NCBI GenBank assembly: GCA_964643545.1
Contig: CAZXTE010000001.1
Location: 85,839 to 149,838 of the forward strand
Source of the DNA: an uncultured Candidatus Saccharibacteria bacterium
Lineage (GTDB): Bacteria > Patescibacteriota > Saccharimonadia > Saccharimonadales > AWTP1-31
Reading direction: 5' to 3'
DNA length: 64,000 bases
Shown here in pieces: positions 17,073 through 26,381 of this stretch. Both the position numbers and the translations under genes were made by a program. Numbering within the stretch: the first letter of the stretch is position 1; each line of letters opens with the position of its first letter. The notes under the pieces are model-generated. The model was not told where the DNA came from and did not search any database. It saw only the letters and a program-made list of their open reading frames with translations.

Positions 17073-18416
17073 ATGATTATTGATTTACTAGACGAATTTG
17101 CCCGCGCCGGTGGCGGTGGGTCCGGTGGAGGCGGGGGAGGAGGCGGCGGCTCCGGTGGATCGGGTGGCGCTGGTGGTCTAGGTGTTCTCCTGTTCTTCCT
17201 GGGATACGTACCAGTTAGTTTTACCGTTAGTGCAGCAACAAAAAAATGGAGCCGAGCTAGTGCTTTCGGTTTGGGTGTCATGGAGTGTATTATCATTTGT
17301 TTTCTCAGCATCGCGGCGCTTAAGGGGTTTGGTGCAATAGTTTCGATAGGGGCAGTCGTTGGTCTGTTCGGTGGAAGATTGGACTTAACTGGAAGACTAG
17401 GAAAGCTTGCGAAAGCATCAAGAGAAAAGCTCAAAAAGGCTGCGGTGGCAGACCCTGCTTGGGACGAGACAGCGCTGCGTGCAGAAGTTGAAAAATGCTT
17501 TATGCAGTTTCAGCAGGATTGGAGCACGTTCAACTTTACACGTATGAAAACGTATCTTGCACCAGACTATTTCGAACATATGAGATTGGTTTTGTCTGCA
17601 TTGCATGCAATGGGTCGTCGCAACGAAGTAGCCAACCCAAAGCTCTACGACATAAACTTCATTGATGTTCAAGATGAGTCAGGCAAGGAAAGGGATGCAT
17701 TTACAGTTGCGCTATTCGCCGGTGCACAAGATAAGCTTCTTGATACGCTGGATAATAACAAAGAAATTTACGCGGACCAGAGTATGTTTACAGAGTATTG
17801 GCACTTTAAGCGAGTATCTGGGCGGTGGATCTTATCTAATATCTCGCAAGTAACTGAATCAAAAGATGTGCGATCCGACCCATTAAAGAAGTTTGCTTCG
17901 ACCAATGGATTCTTTTACAATGCCGACTTTGGCTGGTTGCTATTACCAAAGCGGGGCCAGCTTTTCTCGAAAGCTCAATTTCGTGTTTCTGATGTAAACA
18001 ATCACGTCATTGGTTTGTATAGAAATGTGCTCGTAGAGTTCTATAGCTATAGCGCACGAAAGCAGTCATCAAAGTACTTTGTGATTGCACAGGCTGTACT
18101 GCCTAAAACCTATGGCAACATTGTTGTTCGTCGTGACAAAAGTTTATTCCAGCGAGACATTCGAGGCCTGAATAAGTTATCAATGGAGGGCATGGAGTTT
18201 AACAAAAAGTATGAAGTATTTGCGACTGATGTGGAGCAAGTCACTAGCTTTGAGCTGTTGCACCCGGCGTATATGGCAAAGTTGATTGACCTCGACTATG
18301 AGGTTAACATAGAGGTAGTCGATAACGTTCTGTATCTGTATAGCACAGACAGTAAGACATCGTATGACTCAATGTTACTGCTGCTGAAGGCAGCTTTTGA
18401 CGAACTAAAATTATAA
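17073..18416 (+). CDS. membrane protein with N-terminal poly-Gly tract, Tim44-like domain and DUF3137-like C-terminus
   Basis: AGGGGSGGGGGGGGGSGGSGGAGG, then two TM segments, then DPAWDETALRAEVEKCFMQFQQDWSTFNF...YFEHMRLVL (Tim44-like pattern). The C-terminal FNKKYEVFATD...LLHPAYMAKL is DUF3137-like. Confidence 0.7.
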   Translation: MIIDLLDEFARAGGGGSGGGGGGGGGSGGSGGAGGLGVLLFFLGYVPVSFTVSAATKKWSRASAFGLGVMECIIICFLSIAALKGFGAIVSIGAVVGLFGGRLDLTGRLGKLAKASREKLKKAAVADPAWDETALRAEVEKCFMQFQQDWSTFNFTRMKTYLAPDYFEHMRLVLSALHAMGRRNEVANPKLYDINFIDVQDESGKERDAFTVALFAGAQDKLLDTLDNNKEIYADQSMFTEYWHFKRVSGRWILSNISQVTESKDVRSDPLKKFASTNGFFYNADFGWLLLPKRGQLFSKAQFRVSDVNNHVIGLYRNVLVEFYSYSARKQSSKYFVIAQAVLPKTYGNIVVRRDKSLFQRDIRGLNKLSMEGMEFNKKYEVFATDVEQVTSFELLHPAYMAKLIDLDYEVNIEVVDNVLYLYSTDSKTSYDSMLLLLKAAFDELKL

Positions 18417-18426
18417 AAGGAGATTT

Positions 18427-18831
18427 ATGAAAATTAACTATGTTGCTCTGTACGCAATAACACTCGGAATATTCCTAGCTCTCGATGGAATGTGGCTTGG
18501 ACTGGTTGCAAAAAACTTGTACGCAAGCCAACTGAAAGGCCTGATGACAGACAATGTTCGTTGGGTTGGTGCAGGTTTGTTCTATGCGCTCTTCATTGTT
18601 GGGTTGCTCGTTTTTGTTATTGCACCAGCGTTGCAGCAACAAAATCTCTCGTTTGCGCTCAGCAGAGGTGCATTATTTGGTCTGGTTACGTACGCAACAT
18701 ATGATTTAACGAACTACGCAACGCTCAAGGGGTTTCCCCTTACTATTGTTGGTGTTGATCTGCTGTGGGGTACGCTGCTTAGCACACTTGTCTGTACGGG
18801 TGCGTACGGTCTGTACGCACGGTTCTTTTAA
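18427..18831 (+). CDS. DUF2177-like membrane protein
   Basis: 134 aa, 4 TM. LALDGMWLGLVAKNLY pattern. Confidence 0.7.
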   Translation: MKINYVALYAITLGIFLALDGMWLGLVAKNLYASQLKGLMTDNVRWVGAGLFYALFIVGLLVFVIAPALQQQNLSFALSRGALFGLVTYATYDLTNYATLKGFPLTIVGVDLLWGTLLSTLVCTGAYGLYARFF

Positions 18832-18860
18832 GAAGAGGTGTCCTAGCATATACTATTGAT

Positions 18861-19262
18861 ATGGAAAAAGCACGTTCAATCAAACCACTCGCAGGATTCG
18901 TAGAATTTATTAGAGAGCAGGGCGTAATTGGCTTAGCAATTGGTCTAGTCATTGGTACTGCCGTGAAGAGCTTGGTAGACTCATTAGTTGCCAACATCGT
19001 GAACCCTATTATTGGGCTCATCCTCGGTGGTGTGGACCTTAGTCATAAATCACTCTGCATTCGAAGCGTAGATGGTGCCTGCACCACCTATCTCACATGG
19101 GGCTCGTTTGTCAGCTCGCTTATTAGCTTTGTAACAATTGCGGCGATTATCTATTTTGTGTTCAAAGGATTACGTTTGGATAAGCTCGACTTGGACAAAG
19201 ACCTTAAAAAGGGCATGACCAAAGGTACGGCCGGTGCTGCTTCAAAACTAGCCAAGAAATAA
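18861..19262 (+). CDS. mscL: large-conductance mechanosensitive channel
   Basis: GFVEFIREQGVIGLAIGLVIGTAVKSLVDSLVANIVNPIIG is the MscL signature. Confidence 0.93.
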   Translation: MEKARSIKPLAGFVEFIREQGVIGLAIGLVIGTAVKSLVDSLVANIVNPIIGLILGGVDLSHKSLCIRSVDGACTTYLTWGSFVSSLISFVTIAAIIYFVFKGLRLDKLDLDKDLKKGMTKGTAGAASKLAKK

Positions 19263-19378
19263 CGAAAATACAACGAATAATGCTAGCGCTTTTTTGCTAA
19301 TGTGCCTATACTTCTATAACTAGAGGCTGGTGGGGCACTCAAAAGGAGGAACACTAGCAGCAGACAATAATTATTCAG

Positions 19379-19405
19379 CACACGGTAACTCACGTGTGTT
19401 TTTTT
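19379..19405 (+). terminator. terminator-like hairpin plus T7 run directly upstream of the RBS of the transcarbamylase gene (candidate attenuator)
   Basis: CACACG (19379..19384), 8-nt loop, CGTGTG (19393..19398), then TTTTTTT (19399..19405), then AAAGGAGGG and GTG 19418. Confidence 0.5.
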
Positions 19406-19417
19406 AAAGGAGGGAAC

Positions 19418-20467
19418 GTGGCAGAGATAGAGCGGGTTGGTGGATTACATCCAAAGATAAACGGTGATTTTGAACAGGCGCATCTTCTTTCTATGCATCA
19501 ATTTACGCCTGATGATATAGGTGTTTTTCTTGAAGAAACGCTTGTAGCACAAGCTGCAATTCAGCGTAAGGGACAGTGGGGGCTTAATCTTTTGCCGGGT
19601 GCTGAGCTAAAAGCAGTCATGCGACAGCCTTCAACCAGAACTGGTGGTAGTATGGCTACCGCTATGACTAAACTTGGAGGGAATGCCCAGGTTATTAGCG
19701 GTATGGCGGCCTCTTCTGAAGGAAAAGGCGAGACACCCGAAGACTCGTGGATTGCTTTTGCGACCCAAGCAGATATTATTGGTTGTCGAACGCCCGAAGC
19801 TGGTGGGGTAGAGGTTGGGGCGATAGCTATCGATGACGCGGTAGAGAGCGGTAAGTTGCGGCGTCGTGTTCCCGTTATTAATCTTGGCGATGGCGTAAAC
19901 GAACACCCATCCCAGACCTTGGGCGACCTCTTTACAGTGTATATGAAATTCGGTGAATTTGCCGGATTGACAATTGTGACTGTTGGTGACCATGAGCGTT
20001 ACAGAGCGCACCACTCGCTAATGATCGGCGCCTCTATCTTAGGTACTAAAATAATTGCTGTCGAGTCATCTGCGTCACCCGTTCCTGATCATTACGCGGA
20101 TCTTCTAGGAGATAAACTGGAACGTACAACAGATATAGATGCGGCAATTCAAGCTGCCGATGTTTTGTGTATGGGGAGGAACCCAGATGAATACAGTGGA
20201 GAAGACGTTGATGAGAGGGCAAGAAGTGCCCAGTTGTCACAGGATTACGCAGGCTGGGTGGTTGATCGCGAAAGATTGCAGCAAATGAGGCCATCTGGTA
20301 TGGTTTTGCACCCTCGCCCTCGTGGAAAAGAGCTTGATCGAAGCATAGACGGTGACCCAAGAGCTTACGATGTGCAACAGATGGCGAATATGATCCCGGC
20401 ACGTATGGCAGCCATTGCGCTGCTGATGGGGGTTTCGATCAAGGACGCCGTGACATCCAGCCAGTAG
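19418..20467 (+). CDS. aspartate/ornithine carbamoyltransferase family protein, ATCase-like but divergent
   Basis: GTG 19418 with AGGAGGG upstream; the track start at 19394 lies inside the hairpin. STRTG (canonical STRTR), EHPSQTLGD (HPxQ), GDHERYRAHHSL (ATCase GDxxxGRxxHSL) and LHPRPRG (ATCase HPLPR). Confidence 0.8.
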   Translation: MAEIERVGGLHPKINGDFEQAHLLSMHQFTPDDIGVFLEETLVAQAAIQRKGQWGLNLLPGAELKAVMRQPSTRTGGSMATAMTKLGGNAQVISGMAASSEGKGETPEDSWIAFATQADIIGCRTPEAGGVEVGAIAIDDAVESGKLRRRVPVINLGDGVNEHPSQTLGDLFTVYMKFGEFAGLTIVTVGDHERYRAHHSLMIGASILGTKIIAVESSASPVPDHYADLLGDKLERTTDIDAAIQAADVLCMGRNPDEYSGEDVDERARSAQLSQDYAGWVVDRERLQQMRPSGMVLHPRPRGKELDRSIDGDPRAYDVQQMANMIPARMAAIALLMGVSIKDAVTSSQ

Positions 20468-20482
20468 GCTATACTGCTTACT

Positions 20483-20872
20483 ATGAATGACGAATGGATA
20501 ACTAGACTTACACGAGAACAGTATCGTGTACTGCGAGAGAAGGGAACCGAAGCACCATTCTCGGGTAAGCTGCTACATAATAATAAAGATGGTACCTATG
20601 GGTGCGCTGCGTGTGGCGCAACAATTTTTACGAATAAAGAGAAATACGACTCGAATACACCCGGTCTAGAAGGGTGGCCAAGTTTCTGTGAAGTATCTTC
20701 TCAGGGGGCCGTAGAACTAGTGGATGACAACAGTTTAGGCATGCAACGAACAGAAGTAGTCTGTAAAAAGTGTGGTAGTCATCTTGGGCATGTATTCGAT
20801 GACGCATCGTCACCAACCGGAACACACTACTGCATAAACTCGGTCGCACTCGACTTCAAACCAAAAGCCTAG
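20483..20872 (+). CDS. msrB: peptide-methionine (R)-S-oxide reductase
   Basis: Two CxxC zinc pairs (CAACG, CKKCG) and catalytic HYCINS. Confidence 0.93.
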   Translation: MNDEWITRLTREQYRVLREKGTEAPFSGKLLHNNKDGTYGCAACGATIFTNKEKYDSNTPGLEGWPSFCEVSSQGAVELVDDNSLGMQRTEVVCKKCGSHLGHVFDDASSPTGTHYCINSVALDFKPKA

Positions 20873-21201
20873 TCGCTGTACTTTGTGCCCCAGTCAGCCA
20901 TTTGCTGCAAAACTGGCAATAAGTCTTTGCCCTTTTTTGTAAGACTGTACTCACTCCTGGGGGGTACTTCTGCGAACGATTGTTTTGTAACAATCCCATT
21001 TTCCTCAAGGTCATCCAATCGCTGAGAGAGAGTACGGGGGCTAATATGCTCCAGCGACTTTTCTAGCTCGCCAAATCGTTTAGGGCCTGATAACAGATTA
21101 CGCAGTATCAGTGCGGTCCATTTATTGCCGACTACTTTTAGGCAGCCAGCAACACAGCCTGCGTTAGGCTCTAGGGGGCGAGGGGACTTTGATAATTTCA
21201 T
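20869..21201 (-). CDS. HxlR-family winged-helix transcriptional regulator
   Basis: GNKWTALILRNLLSGPKRFGELEKSLEHISPRTLSQRLDDLEENGIV is the HxlR pattern. Confidence 0.9.
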   Translation of the reverse strand: MKLSKSPRPLEPNAGCVAGCLKVVGNKWTALILRNLLSGPKRFGELEKSLEHISPRTLSQRLDDLEENGIVTKQSFAEVPPRSEYSLTKKGKDLLPVLQQMADWGTKYSD

Positions 21202-21210
21202 ACTTTACAA

Positions 21211-21242
21211 TGTATAGTAATGGATTTATACTTAACTATACA
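21211..21242. promoter_or_regulatory. candidate HxlR operator (perfect 8-bp inverted repeat) in the divergent intergenic region
   Basis: TGTATAGT (21211..21218), 16 nt, ACTATACA (21235..21242), between the hxlR-like gene and the FMN reductase gene. Confidence 0.45.
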
Positions 21243-21264
21243 AAGTATATCATAGGAGATTAGG

Positions 21265-21852
21265 ATGAAACTACATATTATTATTGGGAGCACTCGACAG
21301 GGACGCCAGACTGACAAACTGGCCAAGTGGGTGGCAAATGAAGCAAGCAACATGCAAGATGTTTCTGCTGAAGTCGTAGACCTCGCGGACCACCCGATGC
21401 CACTATTTGATGAAGCAGTTTCTCCGCAATATAATCCAGATCGTAAGCCCACTGGTGCAGTAAAAACGTGGCTAGATAAAGTAGCAGAGGCAGATGCATA
21501 CGTATTAGTTACGCCAGAATATAATCGTTCTACCTCAGGAGTGCTGAAGAACGCACTAGATTACCTAGACTTTCAGATGGCTAAAAAGCCCGTTGCCCTC
21601 GTTGCTCATGGTGGTACTGGTGGTGCGCAGGCAGTAAGCCACCTGCGGGGTATCATTCCACAATTGCAGGCGGTCAGTATCCCAAATACTGTTTACTTCT
21701 CATCTCGAGTAAGCGAAGTTATAAGCGACGAAGGTGAATTATCTGAGGAGCTAAAGCAAAATCCTTATGGCCCACAGGCATCGCTAAAAAGCGCATTGGA
21801 ACAGCTGCACTGGTTTAGCGATGCATTAGTAGCAGCACAAAAAACCACATAA
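21265..21852 (+). CDS. NADPH-dependent FMN reductase
   Basis: MKLHIIIGSTRQGRQTDKLAKW..., VTPEYNRSTSGVLKNALDY. Confidence 0.88.
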   Translation: MKLHIIIGSTRQGRQTDKLAKWVANEASNMQDVSAEVVDLADHPMPLFDEAVSPQYNPDRKPTGAVKTWLDKVAEADAYVLVTPEYNRSTSGVLKNALDYLDFQMAKKPVALVAHGGTGGAQAVSHLRGIIPQLQAVSIPNTVYFSSRVSEVISDEGELSEELKQNPYGPQASLKSALEQLHWFSDALVAAQKTT

Positions 21853-21882
21853 TCTTCTTCGAGGTACGGTATACTCGTAACC

Positions 21883-22431
21883 ATGATAGATAGACAGAAG
21901 CCCGCGACCAAACTACTTTGGGTCGATTTAGAGATGACAGGCCTTGATGTAGACACTGATCGCATTATTGAGATTGCTATTGAGGTTACAGACTTTCAGT
22001 TCAAGACACTGGCCAGTTACGAAGCGGTCATTCATCAGCCCGATGAGGTACTGACGAATATGAATAGCTGGTCAACAGACCAACATGGCGCTAGTGGACT
22101 GACGAGCAGAGTTAGGCAATCAAGCAAGAACGAAGAGCAGGTAAAGCACGAAGTGGTCGGGTTCATCCAGGCTCAATTCGGTAACGAGCCTGCAGTATTG
22201 GCAGGCAACTCTATTCACAATGACCGAAATTTTATAAAGAAGTGGTGGCCAGAGGTAGAGGAGTTGCTGCACTATCGAATGTTGGACGTCAGTAGTTTCA
22301 AAATTTTGATGCAGAGTAAGTATGGTCAAAAGTTTGAAAAGAATGATGCTCATCGGGCATTTGATGACATCCAGGCGAGTATTGCCGAACTACAACATTA
22401 TATTGACTGGTTACGCAACGGTGAATCATAA
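21883..22431 (+). CDS. orn: oligoribonuclease
   Basis: LLWVDLEMTGLDVDTDRIIEIA, AGNSIHNDRNFI and the AHRAFDDI DEDDh motifs. Confidence 0.92.
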   Translation: MIDRQKPATKLLWVDLEMTGLDVDTDRIIEIAIEVTDFQFKTLASYEAVIHQPDEVLTNMNSWSTDQHGASGLTSRVRQSSKNEEQVKHEVVGFIQAQFGNEPAVLAGNSIHNDRNFIKKWWPEVEELLHYRMLDVSSFKILMQSKYGQKFEKNDAHRAFDDIQASIAELQHYIDWLRNGES

Positions 22432-22765
22432 GCAAGTAGAAGCATATGTTTTGAGCATGCCCAATGCGGTACTGGAGTACCCATTTGGCGAGGATGTTGC
22501 CGTATACAAGGCAAAGGACAAAATGTTTGCCCTTATTCCCGAAAAAAGTAACCCATTAAGAATTAGTCTTAAGTGTGATCCAAAACTGGCTATACTGCTG
22601 CGTGAAAAATACGAAGAAGTAATGGCGGGGTACCATTTAAATAAGAAGCACTGGAACACCATTTTGCTCACAGGACAGCTGAGCTGGGAAGAAATCCAAG
22701 CGTTAATCCGGCATAGTTATAATTTGGCAACAGGCGAATTTGACACGGTTCCTCAGTTAGACTGA
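22421..22765 (+). CDS. MmcQ/YjbR-family protein
   Basis: YPFGEDVAVYKAKDKMFALI and KKHWNTILL. The start is uncertain: either GTG 22421, overlapping the orn stop by 11 nt, or ATG 22457. The track start at 22322 lies inside orn. Confidence 0.7.
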   Translation: MNHKQVEAYVLSMPNAVLEYPFGEDVAVYKAKDKMFALIPEKSNPLRISLKCDPKLAILLREKYEEVMAGYHLNKKHWNTILLTGQLSWEEIQALIRHSYNLATGEFDTVPQLD

Positions 22766-23370
22766 GTTGCTGTTCCGAGGAGCGTATCAACTCCGTTGTA
22801 GGCAGTCTGGAGTAGTTGCTTCGTCTTGCTTGAGGAAGTTGCATTGTATGCCTCACGGAGATTTCTCTGGTAAGATGCCAGTTCTTTTTGCATCTCCTCC
22901 ATGAAGACCTCATCAAAATTATTATTCAATGCGGCGCTGGTTAGCTTTTGATCGGTCTGGGTGTTCTTTTTTATGTCTAAAATTTTTGGGTCAACTTTCT
23001 GATCCTTTTTTACGATAGTCAAAAACTGTTGCTGTGAAGAGGCGACAGACACATTCGTGCTGATAGCAAAGTTAAGTGTGTCTGTTTTTCGTGCTTTGTC
23101 CTTTGCAATCGCGCTCACGCGGATAATCTCAGCTTGCTCCTGTGTCAATCCAAGGAGTTGCTTGCTAATATCATTCCCACCCGTAAATAACGAAAAAAGA
23201 AACAGCAGTAAGACGACCACAGTGAGTACTCCACCAAGAAGTATGGCAAGTCTTGTTTTGCCAGATTTACCACCGAGCGAGAACGGTAGCCAAGATTTCT
23301 TGGGCCCTTGTCCGGGGTTCATAATAAAATCGTAAGGGTTCTGAGGCACTTGTGGCTGACCGGGTTGCAT
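22753..23370 (-). CDS. hypothetical single-pass membrane protein
   Basis: Start chosen at ATG 23370 (MQPGQPQVPQNPYDF...). The TM segment is LAILLGGVLTVVVLLLFLFSLF. No family recognised. Confidence 0.6.
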   Translation of the reverse strand: MQPGQPQVPQNPYDFIMNPGQGPKKSWLPFSLGGKSGKTRLAILLGGVLTVVVLLLFLFSLFTGGNDISKQLLGLTQEQAEIIRVSAIAKDKARKTDTLNFAISTNVSVASSQQQFLTIVKKDQKVDPKILDIKKNTQTDQKLTSAALNNNFDEVFMEEMQKELASYQRNLREAYNATSSSKTKQLLQTAYNGVDTLLGTATQSN

Positions 23371-23472
23371 AAGCAGTATTTTAGCAGTTACGGCGCATAT
23401 ATGCACAAAATGACACACAACTATACATGCTTATGCTTTCAGGTTTTCCTTTCGAGCTATACACTTTAGGAT

Positions 23473-25248
23473 ATGGACGCGGTAGAAGAGATAAAATCAC
23501 GACTCAATATCGAGGATGTAGCTAGTCAGTATGTTGAGCTAAAGCGGTCGGGCCGGAACTTTAAGGCGCTGAGCCCTTTTACGAATGAGAAGTCAGCAAG
23601 CTTGATGATAAGCCCAGAGAAACAGATCTGGCATGACTTCAGTAGTGGTAAGGGTGGGGACATGTTTAGTCTCGTCATGGAACTAGAGGGGCTTGATTTT
23701 AAAGGATCAATGGAAGTTCTTGCCCGACAAGCTGGCGTAGATTTGGACCAATTCCGCGGGGCAACCGACAAGAATAGTGGCCAAAAGCAACGATTATTAG
23801 AAGCCCTTGAGAAGGCAGCGACTTTTTACCAAACGCATCTCAACAAAAACACACAAGCCTTACAGTACCTACGAACGAAGCGCGGTTTTAGCAAGCAGAC
23901 AATCATAACGTTTCGTCTTGGGTATGCTCCCGAAGGCGATGATGCGCTAACGCGTTTTCTGTTGTCCAGAAAGTTTACGCCAACCGAACTTAAAAAAGCG
24001 GGCTTAAGCACACAGCGCTATAGGGGGCTTGGTGATATGTTTCGAGGCAGAATCATGATCCCGCTCATGGATGGTACCGGGCAGGTGATTGGGTTTACTG
24101 CGCGTTTGCTCGCAGACCAGCCCAACGCACCAAAATATATCAACACACCCCAGACCCTTGTCTACGATAAGAGCCGGCATGTATTTGGTTTGCATGCTGC
24201 GAAGGAAGCAATAAGAAAACAAAGTTTTGCAGTCGTTGTAGAGGGCAATATGGATGTTATTGCTAGCCATCAAGCAAACGTTACCAATGTGGTAGCAACC
24301 GCTGGAACAGCACTGACAGAGTCGCACCTGAAAACACTCAGCAGGTTTACCAGTGATATTCGTCTTGCATTTGACCAAGATAAGGCAGGGCAAAATGCAA
24401 CAGAACGAGCGATTCCGCTAGCAAGCACGGTGGGAGTCAGCCTGGGGATCATATCTGTTAAAGAGGGGAAAGATCCCGATGAGCTGGTGCGTAAAGACCC
24501 AAAACTTTGGGAAGCGGCTGTGACCAAACCGCAATACGCCATTGACTGGTTAATTGATAGGTATAAAGCGCAGGTAGATATAGACACCGCACAAGGCAAA
24601 CGACAGCTGAGCGACCAAGTACTTGCTACCATCAAGGCGCTCAGCGACCCCGTTGAGCAGGACCATTATCTATTGCGGCTTGCCGAACTTCTAGCGGTTA
24701 GCCCAGACGCCCTGCGCGCTAAACTCAGACAAGCAACAACTGCGCCAGCGAGAACTCTGACAAAACGAAAAATTGCAGATCAGTCAAAAACAAACCCAGT
24801 GAATATAGATAAGACAAAAGCCCAAAATAACCTACTATGCCTTGCGCTCATGCATGCAGAACTTCGGGCATATTTAGAGCCGCTTGAAGCGAGTATGCTC
24901 ATAGATAATGAAGCAGGGCGGATGCTCGAAGTGCTAAAAGATAATCCAACGATGCCCTACGCAAAAATTCTTGCGCTTGAGCACGACGGTGCTTTGCGCG
25001 TCAGGGAAGATTATGGTAAAATGTTGTTATTATTATATGAAGAGCTTTACCACAACCTCGAGTTAACAGAGCTTCGCTATGAAGCCGCTCGATTGCAGGT
25101 GCGTTTGGTAAGCATGTATGTAAAAGAAGAAAAACAGAAAATTGCGATTGCTTTGCAGTCTACAGATGATCAAAAGACAGACCATCTACTCAAAGAAGCA
25201 AAGGCACTCGATCATTTATTAAGAACGACCAAGGAGAACGAAAGCTAA
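23473..25248 (+). CDS. dnaG: DNA primase
   Basis: 591 aa. The N-terminal zinc-binding-domain homolog ([11 protein letters not shown]...[11 protein letters not shown]) has its ligands substituted. The TOPRIM region is [10 protein letters not shown]...AFDQDKAGQ. Confidence 0.92.
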   Translation: MDAVEEIKSRLNIEDVASQYVELKRSGRNFKALSPFTNEKSASLMISPEKQIWHDFSSGKGGDMFSLVMELEGLDFKGSMEVLARQAGVDLDQFRGATDKNSGQKQRLLEALEKAATFYQTHLNKNTQALQYLRTKRGFSKQTIITFRLGYAPEGDDALTRFLLSRKFTPTELKKAGLSTQRYRGLGDMFRGRIMIPLMDGTGQVIGFTARLLADQPNAPKYINTPQTLVYDKSRHVFGLHAAKEAIRKQSFAVVVEGNMDVIASHQANVTNVVATAGTALTESHLKTLSRFTSDIRLAFDQDKAGQNATERAIPLASTVGVSLGIISVKEGKDPDELVRKDPKLWEAAVTKPQYAIDWLIDRYKAQVDIDTAQGKRQLSDQVLATIKALSDPVEQDHYLLRLAELLAVSPDALRAKLRQATTAPARTLTKRKIADQSKTNPVNIDKTKAQNNLLCLALMHAELRAYLEPLEASMLIDNEAGRMLEVLKDNPTMPYAKILALEHDGALRVREDYGKMLLLLYEELYHNLELTELRYEAARLQVRLVSMYVKEEKQKIAIALQSTDDQKTDHLLKEAKALDHLLRTTKENES

Positions 25249-26375
25249 TGGCAGCCAAAGAGAAGAACACTGACGAAAACGCGAACCCCATAATGGAAGA
25301 GGTTCGAAAAGCGCTTGTTGCAAAAGCCAAAAAAGACAAAAAGATAGACCAGCGAGACATTACTGCTGCACTGCCCGATACCCCAGACAACGTTGATATT
25401 CTGGACCGTCTGTACACAGAGCTAGCCGATAATGGCATAAAGATCACTGCCGGAAACGAGCCAAGCACAGAGTTCAGTGATGAGTGGACAGAAGAGGGCG
25501 AGGAAGAAGAGGTGGTCATCCAAGAACAAGTGTACCTCGATGACGTCGCCGATGACTCTGTTCGATTATATTTGCGTGAAATTGGAAAGATACCACTTCT
25601 AACCGCCGAACAAGAGCTTGCGCTTGCGCAACGAGTGGTTGCGGGCGAAAAAGACGCCAAAGATCAGATGGCAGAAGCTAATATGCGCCTCGTTGTTAGT
25701 ATCGCAAAGCGCTATGTTGGTCGCGGACTCGACCTGCTGGACCTTATTCAAGAAGGTAACACCGGCCTACTTCGTGCAGTTGAAAAGTTTGACCCAGACA
25801 AGGGTTTTAAATTTAGCACCTATGCTACTTGGTGGATTCGACAGGCAATTACGCGAGCTATTGCTGATCAGGCGCGAACGATTCGCATCCCCGTTCACAT
25901 GGTAGAAACTATCAATAAGTTGCTTCGTACACAACGTCGTTTAACCCAAGAGCTTAATCGTGAGCCTACGAACGAAGAAATTGCCAAAGCAATGGAGATC
26001 GAGGTAGATAAAGTCGAACACATCATGAAGATCAAACAAGACATATCTAGTCTTGACGCCAGCGTGCGCGATGACGAAGAAGACAGTGTTCTTGGTGACT
26101 TTATCGAAGACGAAGACACGGTCAGCCCCGAAGAGTCTGCTACCGGCCAGCTTCTAAAAGAGCACGTTAAAGATATGCTCGGTGCGCTAACCGAACGAGA
26201 ACAAAAAATACTCAAACTTCGTTTTGGGCTCGAAGATGGCAAAAGCCACACGCTCGAGGAAGTGGGACAAGAATTTAATGTGACAAGAGAGCGTATTCGA
26301 CAGATCGAGGCCAAGGCACTCGCCAAACTTCGCAAGCATAAAGACGCTAAGAAACTGCACGATTATATAAAATAG
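25248..26375 (+). CDS. rpoD: RNA polymerase sigma factor (sigma70/RpoD)
   Basis: TAATG overlap with dna[34 protein letters not shown], and region 4 [17 protein letters not shown]. Confidence 0.96.
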   Translation: MAAKEKNTDENANPIMEEVRKALVAKAKKDKKIDQRDITAALPDTPDNVDILDRLYTELADNGIKITAGNEPSTEFSDEWTEEGEEEEVVIQEQVYLDDVADDSVRLYLREIGKIPLLTAEQELALAQRVVAGEKDAKDQMAEANMRLVVSIAKRYVGRGLDLLDLIQEGNTGLLRAVEKFDPDKGFKFSTYATWWIRQAITRAIADQARTIRIPVHMVETINKLLRTQRRLTQELNREPTNEEIAKAMEIEVDKVEHIMKIKQDISSLDASVRDDEEDSVLGDFIEDEDTVSPEESATGQLLKEHVKDMLGALTEREQKILKLRFGLEDGKSHTLEEVGQEFNVTRERIRQIEAKALAKLRKHKDAKKLHDYIK

Positions 26376-26381
26376 AACAAT

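Noticed and set aside
17018-17434. 138-aa antisense ORF with a poly-Pro tract
   Set aside because: It is the complement of the Gly-tract of the plus-strand gene, which has recognisable TM and Tim44-like domains.
19285-19305. Possible mscL terminator GCTAGCGCTTTTTTGCTA
   Set aside because: Only a 4-bp stem (UAGC/GCUA) can form around the T run, which is not a credible hairpin. The stronger hairpin at 19379..19405 may serve both roles.
19318-19332. PyrR-binding-loop-like AGAGGCU upstream of the ATCase-like gene
   Set aside because: Only 7 nt match the ARUCCAGAGAGGYU consensus. In the most stable local fold the segment is in a stem (CUUCUA/UAGAGG), not a terminal loop. No pyrR or other pyr genes are visible.
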